DNA of 55,638 nt, from positions 1-55,638 of IMG/VR virus record IMGVR_UViG_3300028802_000018. One strand, written 5' to 3'. The notes beneath the pieces are model-generated. The model was not told the origin of the DNA and ran no database searches. It saw only the letters and a list, made by a program, of their open reading frames with translations. This stretch comes from a virus. Taxonomy: Duplodnaviria; Caudoviricetes. Below are positions 1-9,461 of this stretch, in pieces (the first letter of the stretch is position 1; each line of letters begins with the position of its first letter). Both the position numbers and the translations under genes were made by a program.

Positions 1-1183
1 CAAAGTCAGCCGATGCCACACTCGCTGGAGAGAATAGGCTCCCCAGTAGGCCACCTGTAGCCCCACCACCAAGCGCTGTATTCGCCGCGCCTCCAAGCGT
101 ACCCAATCCATTGAAAAGCTGGTTGTTCAACGTGTTCTGTGCGGTAAACCGATTTGCCGCCGCTTGATTAGCAACCTGCCCAGCCCCGACGACATTGGCC
201 GGCGAAACCGCTGTTGGCGAACCCCCAAATGTCGGCAATGCCCCCGCCCACTCAAACCCCGACAATGGGTTGAGCGTCGTTAAATCCTGTGCCGCGCTAC
301 CGGTTATTCCGGTGCCCGTCCCAGCCAACGAGGCAAGCGCCGTAAGCGGGTCTTGCCACAATTGCTGCTCGGCCGCATTGCGGAAATTGCCAGCCGTGCC
401 GATCTCACTCGCGCCCTGCTGGCGAGCCGACAAATCCTCGGCGAAAAGCCGTGCCTGCTGCTCATTTCCCGCCGCTACAGCAGCGTCCTGTGCCTGCTTG
501 TAGGCTAGCGTCTCCTGCCGTCCTAGATCGCCCTGCGCCCTGCTATAAGCGTCTGAATCGATCCCGATGCCCTGGTCGGCAAGCTGTTGGCGCAAATCGC
601 TGCGCTTCTGCGCGAATTGCGGATCAAGAAACCCCGCCGATGTATCGTAAGCGGCATTTTGCGCTTGCTCGATCGATGGCCCGAAACCCGTTTGACTTGA
701 AGGCAGCGTACCTAGACCACTAAAATCCAGCCGGTTTTGTAGATCAGCCCGAGGTAATAACGCGGATGGGAGGATATTATTATATGCCGCATCAGTAATC
801 GCTGCGCCACCTAACGCAGGCCCCGCCGCGATATTTGCAACGTCATACCCCAGATCAGGTAAACGAGCCGCAAGCTCCGTCTGTTGCTGATAGACCGGTT
901 GCGTCGAAGGGTCTAATTCTTGATTGAGGCTCCATCGTCCATCTGGACCCTGCTCAAAGAATGACTTAGCGAGCGGAGATGTCGTGCGGACGTTGTTAAG
1001 CTCGGATTGCTTCTGTGCCGTCGCGATATTAGCCTGCGCCTGTGTAGAGGCTAATTGAAACGGATCAACCGCAGCCGGCGTTTGGGCACCCCCCTTACCA
1101 CCGCTTTTGAACCTGCGGCGAATGGGGGACGGCGAGAAATCCGCTCCCGCGTACCGTGTTCTCTTTGGCCCTAAGCCGCCCAT
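1..1183 (-). CDS. DNA ejection/pilot (internal virion) protein, runs off the window start
   Basis: Not in ORF track; ATG at 1183 gives MGGLGPKR...SGGKGGAQTPAAVDPFQLASTQAQANIATAQKQSELNN, and the same frame near position 1 reads Gly-rich GLGTLGGAANTALGGG; middle not fully translated; follows GNAT gene as in P22-like tail operons. Confidence 0.65.
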   Translation of the reverse strand, partial: MGGLGPKRTRYAGADFSPSPIRRRFKSGGKGGAQTPAAVDPFQLASTQAQANIATAQKQSELNNVRTTSPLAKSFFEQGPDGRWSLNQELDPSTQPVYQQQTELAARLPDLGYDVANIAAGPALGGAAITDAAYNNILPSALLPRADLQNRLDFSGLGTLPSSQTGFGPSIEQAQNAAYDTSAGFLDPQFAQKRSDLRQQLADQGIGIDSDAYSRAQGDLGRQETLAYKQAQDAAVAAGNEQQARLFAEDLSARQQGASEIGTAGNFRNAAEQQLWQDPLTALASLAGTGTGITGSAAQDLTTLNPLSGFEWAGALPTFGGSPTAVSPANVVGAGQVANQAAANRFTAQNTLNNQLFNGLGTLGGAANTALGGGATGGLLGSLFSPASVASADF

Positions 1184-1602
1184 TGTTCCTGCCAACTCCT
1201 CGCCAGCCACCGGCAGTCTTCCCGGACCATGCCGTATAGCGCGGCATCTCCGGTCATAAACCCGTGGCGCAATAGGCCTTCTTCACGAAAGCCGAGGTGG
1301 CAGAGGAACGCCCTGACGGGCTGGTTCGTGGCCTCGGTAATGGCCGTCAAACGACGGCACCTCAATTGATCGAACACATAGCCGAATATCACGGCCAGTG
1401 TAGCACGATTGCACCACCGAGGGGAAGTGCTCGCAATCGTCGCTTCGATCCCCGGAGGACGGTAATTGTTGAACACCACCCCGGCGATCAATTCATCCCC
1501 GGACAGGATGCCAATCGTCACGCACTTGCCGAAATCGTCTACACCCACCCGCTGGCCTACCCACCGGGCGATCGCCTCATCATCCCCGATCAGGAGCCTC
1601 AT
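1171..1602 (-). CDS. GNAT-family acetyltransferase-like protein
   Basis: RimJ/L-like motifs CRRLTA..N...RAFLCHLGFREEGLLR; typical slot between tail stabilisation and ejection genes. Confidence 0.8.
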   Translation of the reverse strand: MRLLIGDDEAIARWVGQRVGVDDFGKCVTIGILSGDELIAGVVFNNYRPPGIEATIASTSPRWCNRATLAVIFGYVFDQLRCRRLTAITEATNQPVRAFLCHLGFREEGLLRHGFMTGDAALYGMVREDCRWLARSWQEQWAA

Positions 1603-3197
1603 AGTGACCTTCCAGGCTCAAATATAACGTCCGTGCGCAGCCACGTCAGGCGCGATATCTCCTGCGCCGACAATGTTATTCCGACCTCCGTCCCCGTCCC
1701 CTCCGCAATCAGCCAATCGACATCGACCGTTATCTCAGATGACCAAGGCGAACCCCACGGCGAACCCCACGGCGTTGTGAACTCGGTATGGCTCACCACA
1801 TCGATCTCCGCTGCCGGCAGCCTGAAATCGTAAGCCAACTTGATACGATATTGGCCTCCTATGCTACCACCAAACTGGACAACAGGTCTGATTGCTGTGA
1901 GCCGCTTGCGCATCAACGTCGTCAGGGTTTGCCACGCCTGCTCGCCATTTACCGCAATAGATTGCGTCGTCGTCGTCGTCCAGGGGATGTCCCAAGACGA
2001 TCCCCATGACGGCCCCTCCTGCGTGATGTCCGATCCGCCGATGTCAGCCCGATACACCGTGCCTAGACTAGCCCCGAAATACAGCAATCCGTTGAAGCTT
2101 CCCCAACAATAGGCATTTTGATCGCGAAATCGTGCCCATGCCTTCGTTGACGTATTATAGACATGCTGATCAAACGTCGTAGCGCTTGTCGGAATGTTGA
2201 ATATCAGGCGGGTTCCGAGGGCATAGTAGAATGCCTGCCAACCCGTCAGACCCGACCCCACGATCCACGCCGCCGTCTGTGCTCCACTGATCTTAGACCG
2301 TGGTGGGGCCTCACCGAGCTTTAGCGCCGTAAGTATCTGCGAAATTTGCAAATGGTCAGTCTGAGTTGAAATGTAGATATCGCCGCCATAGCGCAAAACC
2401 GCTCTGAGCGCAATTGCAGGAGGCGTCGTGTACCGCCCAACAAGAGCCCAATTGGTGGGGTTACTCGGATCGGTTCCCTGATAGATCATTACCTCGCCGG
2501 TGTCGAAGAAGAAACATTTATAGTCGGATATGCCGGTTCCGCCGTCATACGTCAATAATTGGACAGCGAGCAATTTGCCGCCAGCCTCAGTGACCGTAGC
2601 AAGAGGAAACTTAGACAGCGTCCCAGTAATAGCGTTAACTGCCCCGAACCAGAAATTACTGTCCTGCCCTGTCCAGAAATATAGCCGGTTGTTGAAAACG
2701 CCTACACCATTCAATGTGCTCGGGGTCAACCCTGCTCCCGTGAACCCCGCATCAGCAAAACTTGAGCCATCGAATACCTGCGGTTCATTAGCTCCGTTAA
2801 CCCAAAATTGCTTATCGTTGAACACGATCGTCTGCCATGCATCAGGCCCAAACCCGCTTGCAACCGGAATGCTAATCTGGCCTGGGGAAGACACATCATA
2901 TATCGCACCCCCGCTGGCAGCCATAAGCTTGCGAGCCGCCCCGGTATAAAACTCGGCCAGCGTGCGAACAGGTTGCGTACCCATCCCTGTCGCGTGGGTG
3001 ATAGACCCACCACGAGAGACCACCCCGCCATAATCCGGGAATAGATTATCGAGTAGTACCGCGTCCTGCGGGTCCATCGCCTCGAATGGGTCGCGAGTGT
3101 TCCATCCCTTGATGGGGCTGATAACGGGGACAGGTTCAGGCGTGACGATCCGTTGCGGTCGCCGCTGTGCAGCCAGCATTTGCGCCCGCGATGGCAT
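1599..3197 (-). CDS. Tail stabilisation/nozzle protein (P22 gp10-like)
   Basis: 532 aa beta-rich; PIKGWNTRDP..AMDPQDAVLLDNLFP start; Trp repeats PWGSPWGSPW near C-terminus; position after adaptor. Confidence 0.75.
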   Translation of the reverse strand: MPSRAQMLAAQRRPQRIVTPEPVPVISPIKGWNTRDPFEAMDPQDAVLLDNLFPDYGGVVSRGGSITHATGMGTQPVRTLAEFYTGAARKLMAASGGAIYDVSSPGQISIPVASGFGPDAWQTIVFNDKQFWVNGANEPQVFDGSSFADAGFTGAGLTPSTLNGVGVFNNRLYFWTGQDSNFWFGAVNAITGTLSKFPLATVTEAGGKLLAVQLLTYDGGTGISDYKCFFFDTGEVMIYQGTDPSNPTNWALVGRYTTPPAIALRAVLRYGGDIYISTQTDHLQISQILTALKLGEAPPRSKISGAQTAAWIVGSGLTGWQAFYYALGTRLIFNIPTSATTFDQHVYNTSTKAWARFRDQNAYCWGSFNGLLYFGASLGTVYRADIGGSDITQEGPSWGSSWDIPWTTTTTQSIAVNGEQAWQTLTTLMRKRLTAIRPVVQFGGSIGGQYRIKLAYDFRLPAAEIDVVSHTEFTTPWGSPWGSPWSSEITVDVDWLIAEGTGTEVGITLSAQEISRLTWLRTDVIFEPGRSL

Positions 3198-3200
3198 ATT

Positions 3201-3545
3201 TTATCCTCCAGCCCCCGCAAGAAGCTTGGCAATTGACTGCCAAGGGATATTCGGAAGCGAATCGAGAGCCGATGGTGGCGGACCAGCAGAAAGGGGAGGC
3301 AACTGACCCATCCCTGTCATCCCTGCCATACCGCCTAACTGCCCCATGCTGGATGGCATTTGCGATGACTGCCCCGCCATTCCTGGCGGTAGCTGCCCCG
3401 GCACCATCGGCTGTTGTTCCATACCGCCGCCTTGCGGCAAATTCTGCGCCGACAGCATCCCCTCAATTAGTGGGGCGAGATTAGTGCCCTGCCCATAAGG
3501 GTCTTTTCCGGCACCAGCAAGGATCGATGCGAGCGTGTTTGGCAT
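3201..3545 (-). CDS. Low-complexity Gly/Met/Pro/Gln-rich hypothetical protein
   Basis: ATG at 3545 after GGAG; fills gap in virion operon. Confidence 0.55.
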   Translation of the reverse strand: MPNTLASILAGAGKDPYGQGTNLAPLIEGMLSAQNLPQGGGMEQQPMVPGQLPPGMAGQSSQMPSSMGQLGGMAGMTGMGQLPPLSAGPPPSALDSLPNIPWQSIAKLLAGAGG

Positions 3546-3590
3546 CAAAAACTCCATCCATTCATTACCAACCACCTACCCATAACTAAA

Positions 3591-5816
3591 TTACGGCGAC
3601 TCAGAGTGCGACAAGTACACATTTGTTATAGTTACTGTGCCAGAAGTAACAACCTTTGCCGCCAACGCATACCACCACTCTTGCGTTGACGTAAATCCAG
3701 AATTTTTACAGTCTACCGCAAATGGTACTCTTATTGTAGCTGCCGCAGGGTTTTTTACTGATGGGAACCCGCCGCATTGAAATCGCGTTGACCCCGCTGA
3801 CGTTGCTATATCCCCATTTACCGGCGCAGTACCAATGCCAAAAAATCCTGTCAGCAACGCTGCCGACCCTGCCGTATCATTCTCCACACCACCAGTTACT
3901 GTTAGTGTCATATTACCACTGCGCCGAGGCGTAAATGTCTTAACTGCTATTATACGATAATCTACCGTATCTGTTATCGCCGCTGGATTGCTACTATCTA
4001 ATTTCCCAAATGCTGCTGGTGTACAAAAATTGCTGTTGCGATTAGCGTTGGTAGAAATTCCATTGGTTGTACAATACAGCGTTGAACCGGCCTCGACTGT
4101 CGCGGTTGCAAAAAATGCCTGCGTGTCCCAGGTGTCTATCGTGTTGCCAAAAGCCGGCGAGCCGCCCCCCACCGACAACACATTGCCTTCTGTCAACATG
4201 CTGTAAAAATTATTTCCGTGTGCCCTCATCGGCGAGGACGCCGCAACAAGACCCCCTAACCGAAGGCCCCACCCATTGCCGCCGTTATTGAAAAGCTGGG
4301 TCATATAGAAGTTGTTGATATACCCTTCGTTGAGGTCGATGCCGATCCCGTCTTGGTGGACAACAAACGTATTATAGAAATTATTGCCATTGGCATCATG
4401 CGCGCCGCTCGACAGTACGGCCTTGGGGAAATGCAACCCTACTGCATTCCGAGAAGCAGCATGGCTTAGCGAAACGGTTGTCTTGAAGTCATTGAAGAAG
4501 GTGTCCCATGAGCCAGGAGCAGACGAACTTTCTTCAAAGGAAAAACCAAAATCCTTGACCGTGTGGACCTGCATGTTAATCGTGCTCTGAGCAACCCCGC
4601 GAAACCGGCCGCCATAACTGGCTGCGCCGAGACCTAGCAGGTTGAATGGCCCCACCCGTGTCCCGTTAACCGGCACCACAGTGGCGTTCATGTCCACCAT
4701 CGTGCCGCCCACGGCACCCAGCCACATCAACGCACCCGGCGGCACACCTGCTCCTCCCGCTGTGCCGTTTCCTTCAAGCACCTGACCACTGGCGAGAACA
4801 ATCGACGCCGCGATACCGCAGATACCCTTCGGTAGACTCGCCTTGTTGCCCGTCGCAATCGCCGCGTTGATTGCCGTGGAGTTATCCGTGCCATACCCCC
4901 ACATCAGGCCGGTTCCCGACGCAGAAGCCGCAGAAGCAAGAACAGCGCTCGTTGGCGTCGTAACGCTCTGAATGGTCGTTACCAGATTGTCGCGTAACCA
5001 AGTTACGGTCAGCGTCGCGTCGCCCACCGTAACGGGATTAGCGGGGACAACCGAATACGATCCAAGACTCCCAGCCATGCCCGCAACCGCCGTAATCACC
5101 CCACCGGAGACGCTGCGAACGACAACCGAGCCGGCCGTGCCCGTACCGCCCGTGATAGGAATTTCCTCCCCCACCGTGTGTCCAGCGCCACCACCCACGA
5201 TTGTTGCAGTTCCAAAATACTGTGTGGACCCGACAGCGTTTACCGAGATCAATTTCCCAACATCGGCCGCCACGAAGGCGGCAGTAGCCGACGTAAAACC
5301 AGCGCTTCCACTTGTCATAGCCCCGTTTTCGCCCGACTTACCATCGCAAACCGCAGGCGTGTATAGCAGATTGTTGCGTGCCTCCGGCAGCGTAGCGTTA
5401 TTAGCAGTCGCTGACATCAGCGTTGCAGTAGTGCTCGGAAACGTAAACGTCGCAGGAAGGTCCGGAAAATTCAGGAACGTCGGCCCAGCCCCCGTAGTGG
5501 ACAGCGCCCCACCTGTAACGAGATTTCCGCCAAGCCTTATCGTTTTCCCCGTGTTATCAACCCCCGTCCCACCTTGCACTCCCGGCCAAATAACAGTAGC
5601 ATTGCTGCCGTTTGGGCGCATAAAGAAACTCTGTGGAGATAATTTCTTCGTTGACCCGCCCTGAACAATCGGCATTACATCTGAGGCACCAAGTGTAGTT
5701 GATGCCGGAGGTCGGGCATTAAGCCACACATCAAACTCCGTTACCGGAGTTTGCGCTATTGCTGCTGCACCAACTACTGTGCAAAAAAGAACAGCACCCC
5801 AAATTCCAAAACGCAT
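3591..5816 (-). CDS. Beta-helix tailspike/fibre-like protein with Sec signal peptide (741 aa)
   Basis: MRFGIWGAVLFCTVVGAAAIA-QTP signal; PASTTLGASDVMPIVQGGSTKKL N-domain; AVCDG...TDNSTAINAAI pectate-lyase-3-like cap; Asn-rich beta-helix repeats. Confidence 0.75.
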   Translation of the reverse strand: MRFGIWGAVLFCTVVGAAAIAQTPVTEFDVWLNARPPASTTLGASDVMPIVQGGSTKKLSPQSFFMRPNGSNATVIWPGVQGGTGVDNTGKTIRLGGNLVTGGALSTTGAGPTFLNFPDLPATFTFPSTTATLMSATANNATLPEARNNLLYTPAVCDGKSGENGAMTSGSAGFTSATAAFVAADVGKLISVNAVGSTQYFGTATIVGGGAGHTVGEEIPITGGTGTAGSVVVRSVSGGVITAVAGMAGSLGSYSVVPANPVTVGDATLTVTWLRDNLVTTIQSVTTPTSAVLASAASASGTGLMWGYGTDNSTAINAAIATGNKASLPKGICGIAASIVLASGQVLEGNGTAGGAGVPPGALMWLGAVGGTMVDMNATVVPVNGTRVGPFNLLGLGAASYGGRFRGVAQSTINMQVHTVKDFGFSFEESSSAPGSWDTFFNDFKTTVSLSHAASRNAVGLHFPKAVLSSGAHDANGNNFYNTFVVHQDGIGIDLNEGYINNFYMTQLFNNGGNGWGLRLGGLVAASSPMRAHGNNFYSMLTEGNVLSVGGGSPAFGNTIDTWDTQAFFATATVEAGSTLYCTTNGISTNANRNSNFCTPAAFGKLDSSNPAAITDTVDYRIIAVKTFTPRRSGNMTLTVTGGVENDTAGSAALLTGFFGIGTAPVNGDIATSAGSTRFQCGGFPSVKNPAAATIRVPFAVDCKNSGFTSTQEWWYALAAKVVTSGTVTITNVYLSHSESP

Positions 5817-5830
5817 TTTACTCGCTTTCT

Positions 5831-8005
5831 TTACAATCCGACCCACGCCGAACCGTTATAGAATACCGGGCATATCAGGGCACCACCAGCAGTCGGCGCA
5901 ACACCCTTAGCCGGGCATGCCGCAGTTTGATCCGTCACATGTGCTATAGCGCCTGCCACAGCACCCAATATCACCGTGGCCGGCAACGAGCCAATTGCAT
6001 ACGCCCCCGTGATAAGTGGACTGGCAATTTTTAGAGGAGCCGTGCTGTCGCTATGCAAGGCATAGCTAGTCGAGCTAGCAACCGCATTCCCAGAAATATA
6101 AACGCCTCGATTTGTCGTCCCCGCGCTGCTGCCCTGACCAACAACAACCTGGAATCCATTGTTTATCACCGTGCCCCCCGCACCAGCCGCAGCGGACGCT
6201 CCCCCCATACCAAAGCCCGTATTAGTCACTGTTCCGGTGGTGATGCCATGACCATTGGTCAGGGTGCCCGCCTGAAACCCGGTGTATGCCGGAACGGTCA
6301 CGGCAGACGAATTAGTCATCGCGGAAGTAAAACTCTGGATAGCGTCCAACGTGCCAGTAAAATTCGCTGACACGATTGGCTGCGATAGCAGCCCACGCAT
6401 CACTGTAACCGGCACCGCAGTGGTTCCTAAAGTTGGGTGCGCCGAAATTTCGTTAATTACCGACAGGCTAGCCCCTCCAGGAATATATGTAGTTTGACTA
6501 ATCCTGCCTTGTTGAGTTGCTGTCTCTGGAGATATTACCGTCGAAGTCCTATCGGCAACCACTCTTGTTGTCAAACTTTCCAGCAAGATCGGCAACGGAA
6601 ATCTGTTGTTCCGCAGTACGTTCTCGACTGGCGCGCTGTTAAGCTCGTAATAACTATAAAGCTGACTAGCGCCGCCCAAATCAACGTTATTCGCGAACGT
6701 GTTGTAACTTGGATTTATTCCAACACCCAAACTACTTTCTATTACAAACGCACCCTTGTTATTGTCTACTTGCGGAGTTCCTAGCGCCACATTCTCACTT
6801 TGGTTGTCAGCTATAAGGTTGTAGCTACCAAACACAAACGCGCAAACGCCGCCAAGATTATAACACTGGTTATTAACGAATTGGCTATACTCACCGTTTA
6901 GCTCGATGCCGCCAGCCGGGGTGCCGTTAACGTCGATGCTAAGGCCGCTGTCGTGCAATATGTTTCCGGCAATCAGGTGATACTTGCTGGTATCCTGTAT
7001 CTGGAAAATACCCGTGCCAAATTGCCAACCGGATATGTTGTTGTTAATAACATGAGTATATTTGCCGTTAACAACCATCTTTGAATTGACAAACGTGTTG
7101 CTCTTGATACGCACGTTCTCGAAATCGTTTGGCGGCGTTATGCCAGCCATTGTCAGCCCACTACTGACCAAAAGCGGACTCATTGAGGTTTGCTGGATGT
7201 AACTGTTCTGAACCGTCCAATTCTTCATAATGCAACCACCAGCAGCCTGAGCGACGACACCAATCGAATGGTCCCCGATGTTAATAAGTCCAACGTTGTC
7301 AATTACAAAATCAGACGCGCATCTATAGCGCAGCAAGAAGCTAAAATCTGTCGCAACACCAGTTGAAGACTGAATACCTAATGCGAAATCAATAGAAAGA
7401 TCACGCCAACCGCCACCATTCTTGCTGACAACATTAAATACCCCTACCGACGCTTCACCAACCGGCAACGTGCATGCTGACAGTTTCAACGTCGTCGTAG
7501 CGCGCCCACTGCCGTAGATCGTCGGCGCACTAGCGAACGTGTATGGACCGCAACCAAACACAAATATGCCCGGCCCAAACATAACATTCGGGGAATTGGT
7601 TAGTGCCGCAATTGCCGTGATGCATACCGTATTGTCTGTTGCCCCATCGCCCACGCAACCAAATTGCTCGGCCGAAACATACGACGATACGCCCAGAGCA
7701 GTCCGCCCCTGAGCCGATGTTAGCGCAGTCGGAACGGCTGAAGTTCCCGAAACATTACCCATAACCCGATTAGTTGAAATCGGCGTGGCATTGCTCCCAT
7801 CAGGTCGCATAAAGAAACTCTGCGGATAGAGTTTACGAGTCTCCCCACCCTGCACCACCGGCATTATATCCGTAGAACCAAGTGTCGTTGATGCCGGGGT
7901 ACGAGAATTGAGCCACACATTAAACTCCGTTACCGGAGTTTGCGCTATTGCCGTCACGCCAACAGTGCAAAAAAGAACAGCACCCCAAATTCCGAAGCGA
8001 CGCAT
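5831..8005 (-). CDS. Beta-helix tailspike/fibre-like protein with Sec signal peptide (724 aa)
   Basis: MRRFGIWGAVLFCTVGVTAIA-QTP; first ~75 aa paralogous to 3591..5816; FGCVGDGATDNT motif; beta-helix repeats. Confidence 0.78.
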   Translation of the reverse strand: MRRFGIWGAVLFCTVGVTAIAQTPVTEFNVWLNSRTPASTTLGSTDIMPVVQGGETRKLYPQSFFMRPDGSNATPISTNRVMGNVSGTSAVPTALTSAQGRTALGVSSYVSAEQFGCVGDGATDNTVCITAIAALTNSPNVMFGPGIFVFGCGPYTFASAPTIYGSGRATTTLKLSACTLPVGEASVGVFNVVSKNGGGWRDLSIDFALGIQSSTGVATDFSFLLRYRCASDFVIDNVGLINIGDHSIGVVAQAAGGCIMKNWTVQNSYIQQTSMSPLLVSSGLTMAGITPPNDFENVRIKSNTFVNSKMVVNGKYTHVINNNISGWQFGTGIFQIQDTSKYHLIAGNILHDSGLSIDVNGTPAGGIELNGEYSQFVNNQCYNLGGVCAFVFGSYNLIADNQSENVALGTPQVDNNKGAFVIESSLGVGINPSYNTFANNVDLGGASQLYSYYELNSAPVENVLRNNRFPLPILLESLTTRVVADRTSTVISPETATQQGRISQTTYIPGGASLSVINEISAHPTLGTTAVPVTVMRGLLSQPIVSANFTGTLDAIQSFTSAMTNSSAVTVPAYTGFQAGTLTNGHGITTGTVTNTGFGMGGASAAAGAGGTVINNGFQVVVGQGSSAGTTNRGVYISGNAVASSTSYALHSDSTAPLKIASPLITGAYAIGSLPATVILGAVAGAIAHVTDQTAACPAKGVAPTAGGALICPVFYNGSAWVGL

Positions 8006-8006
8006 T

Positions 8007-9176
8007 TTATGCACCTGGGAAATTTCCTTCCTGAATGTTGGCGGGCGAAACAAGATAGCCACGAGGATATGTCGCCAACCACAGAGTAGCCGTGCCACCA
8101 TCTCGCGCTACAGCACGATCAACATCCCGGTCATAGTCATCTTTCTCTTCTGCATAGGCCATGCCCAGACGACCAAGCGTGCGCCAAAGCACTCCAAGCT
8201 CGATCAAATCCTCACTCAGAAGCGAAACATCGGTATCCGCGTGCCAATCATCCTGGGTTAACCATGCCCAATAGATCATGAACAATGCGCCAGACCCGTT
8301 ACCGCTGCTACCGCCAGCTTCATCTCCTAGAACTCCACCTTCCTCATCCCCCAGCACACCACCCTCTTCATCACCTAACACACCACCGAATCCTGTACCA
8401 CCACCACCCGCAGTTACTGCCGATACCGGATTTGCCGGGACAACAGAATAAACCCCTCCACTCCCCACAATTTCAGCCGCTAGGATACCTCCAGAAGCAT
8501 CAACAACCGTCACCTTGAGTTGCAGTTGCTCGGTAAATGAGCCACCCAAAACAGTGAGAAACTCCCCAACCGAATATCCGGAACCAGCACTCGATCCAAT
8601 ATCCCCAAATTTTGCCCTTTTGAGGGTTTGCGACCTGACCCAGTTCTTCGACACATACTCGAAAACAAAGGTCGAGGTTATGTCCGCAACAATGCTAGGG
8701 TCGATCTGAAATTTTACCTCGTCCCCAACATAATCCCCTGACGTGATGGACGACTGATAAGGAGTCTGGCTACCGAGCAAACTCTGATCCAGAATGAAAG
8801 GGTCGGGAGCGCCGGGAACACGCAAACGCCAACGCCGTTCGATAGAAGCTCGGCCGATAATGCTCGACTTGTACATCTGCCATTGCTGGGGCGACAGCGC
8901 CCCACGCATTTGCCAATATCGCGTGCGATCCCATAACGTGTCATTGATCATCGACCGGAAGTCAGCCGGCAACGTATAAACCGATGTCCCATCGGCCGTG
9001 AAAACATGCTCCTGCACCAGCGCGACCCAATTGGCTCGCTCCGCTATCTCTCTCCCGGTACGCCTAGCCTGTTCCAATAATCGCCGAGCCGATGGCTGGT
9101 TGTTACCGACGATCATCGACGGGCGATCAATACCAATGTTGTCGGCGACATGCTGGCATATTTCTAACAGGGACAC
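8007..9176 (-). CDS. Head-tail adaptor / tail tubular A-like protein with inserted domain
   Basis: GTG start SLLEICQ; YTLPADFRSMINDTLWDRT; FEYVSKNWV; C-terminal LIELGVLWR...GMAY; insert with VLGDEEGG repeats. Confidence 0.75.
   Translation of the reverse strand: MSLLEICQHVADNIGIDRPSMIVGNNQPSARRLLEQARRTGREIAERANWVALVQEHVFTADGTSVYTLPADFRSMINDTLWDRTRYWQMRGALSPQQWQMYKSSIIGRASIERRWRLRVPGAPDPFILDQSLLGSQTPYQSSITSGDYVGDEVKFQIDPSIVADITSTFVFEYVSKNWVRSQTLKRAKFGDIGSSAGSGYSVGEFLTVLGGSFTEQLQLKVTVVDASGGILAAEIVGSGGVYSVVPANPVSAVTAGGGGTGFGGVLGDEEGGVLGDEEGGVLGDEAGGSSGNGSGALFMIYWAWLTQDDWHADTDVSLLSEDLIELGVLWRTLGRLGMAYAEEKDDYDRDVDRAVARDGGTATLWLATYPRGYLVSPANIQEGNFPGA
8321..8387 (-). repeat. Three tandem 24-bp coding repeats (GGVLGDE[E/A])
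   Basis: GGVLGDEEGGVLGDEEGGVLGDEAGG in translation, with synonymous divergence at DNA level. Confidence 0.9.
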
Positions 9177-9180
9177 CGCT

Positions 9181-9438
9181 TTAGTCCTTCTTAGATGCGC
9201 CCGATGATCGTCCACCCGCAACAGATGCCGCTCCCCTCACCGTTGCTTCCGGTTCGGCTGCCTTCGCGGCCTCCTTGAACAGAGTGTATTCTGCTATATA
9301 GAGGGCGCGATCCTCGTCGGTCGCCTCGCGAACGCTCAGAGTGCCATCCGGGTGGGTCAACTCAACCAATTCGCGATCAACCTCTGTCCCATCATCGCGA
9401 ACAATCACCTCGGTGAAAAACCGTGCAGGGAGAGCCAT
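9181..9438 (-). CDS. Hypothetical protein, short paralogue of the N-terminus of 9462..10211
   Basis: Shared RF..E...E.VE...P...V...TDE.R.....EY.LF pattern; AGGAG RBS. Confidence 0.65.
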   Translation of the reverse strand: MALPARFFTEVIVRDDGTEVDRELVELTHPDGTLSVREATDEDRALYIAEYTLFKEAAKAAEPEATVRGAASVAGGRSSGASKKD

Positions 9439-9461
9439 TGAAATTTCTCCTGATGATAGGG

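Noticed and set aside
5817-8101. Longer ORF-track starts for the tailspike genes (5846, 8101) and similar cases (26644, 51094, 54387, 54926)
   Set aside because: Extensions overlap upstream genes or promoters; paralogy, RBS or stop/start coupling favour the shorter starts
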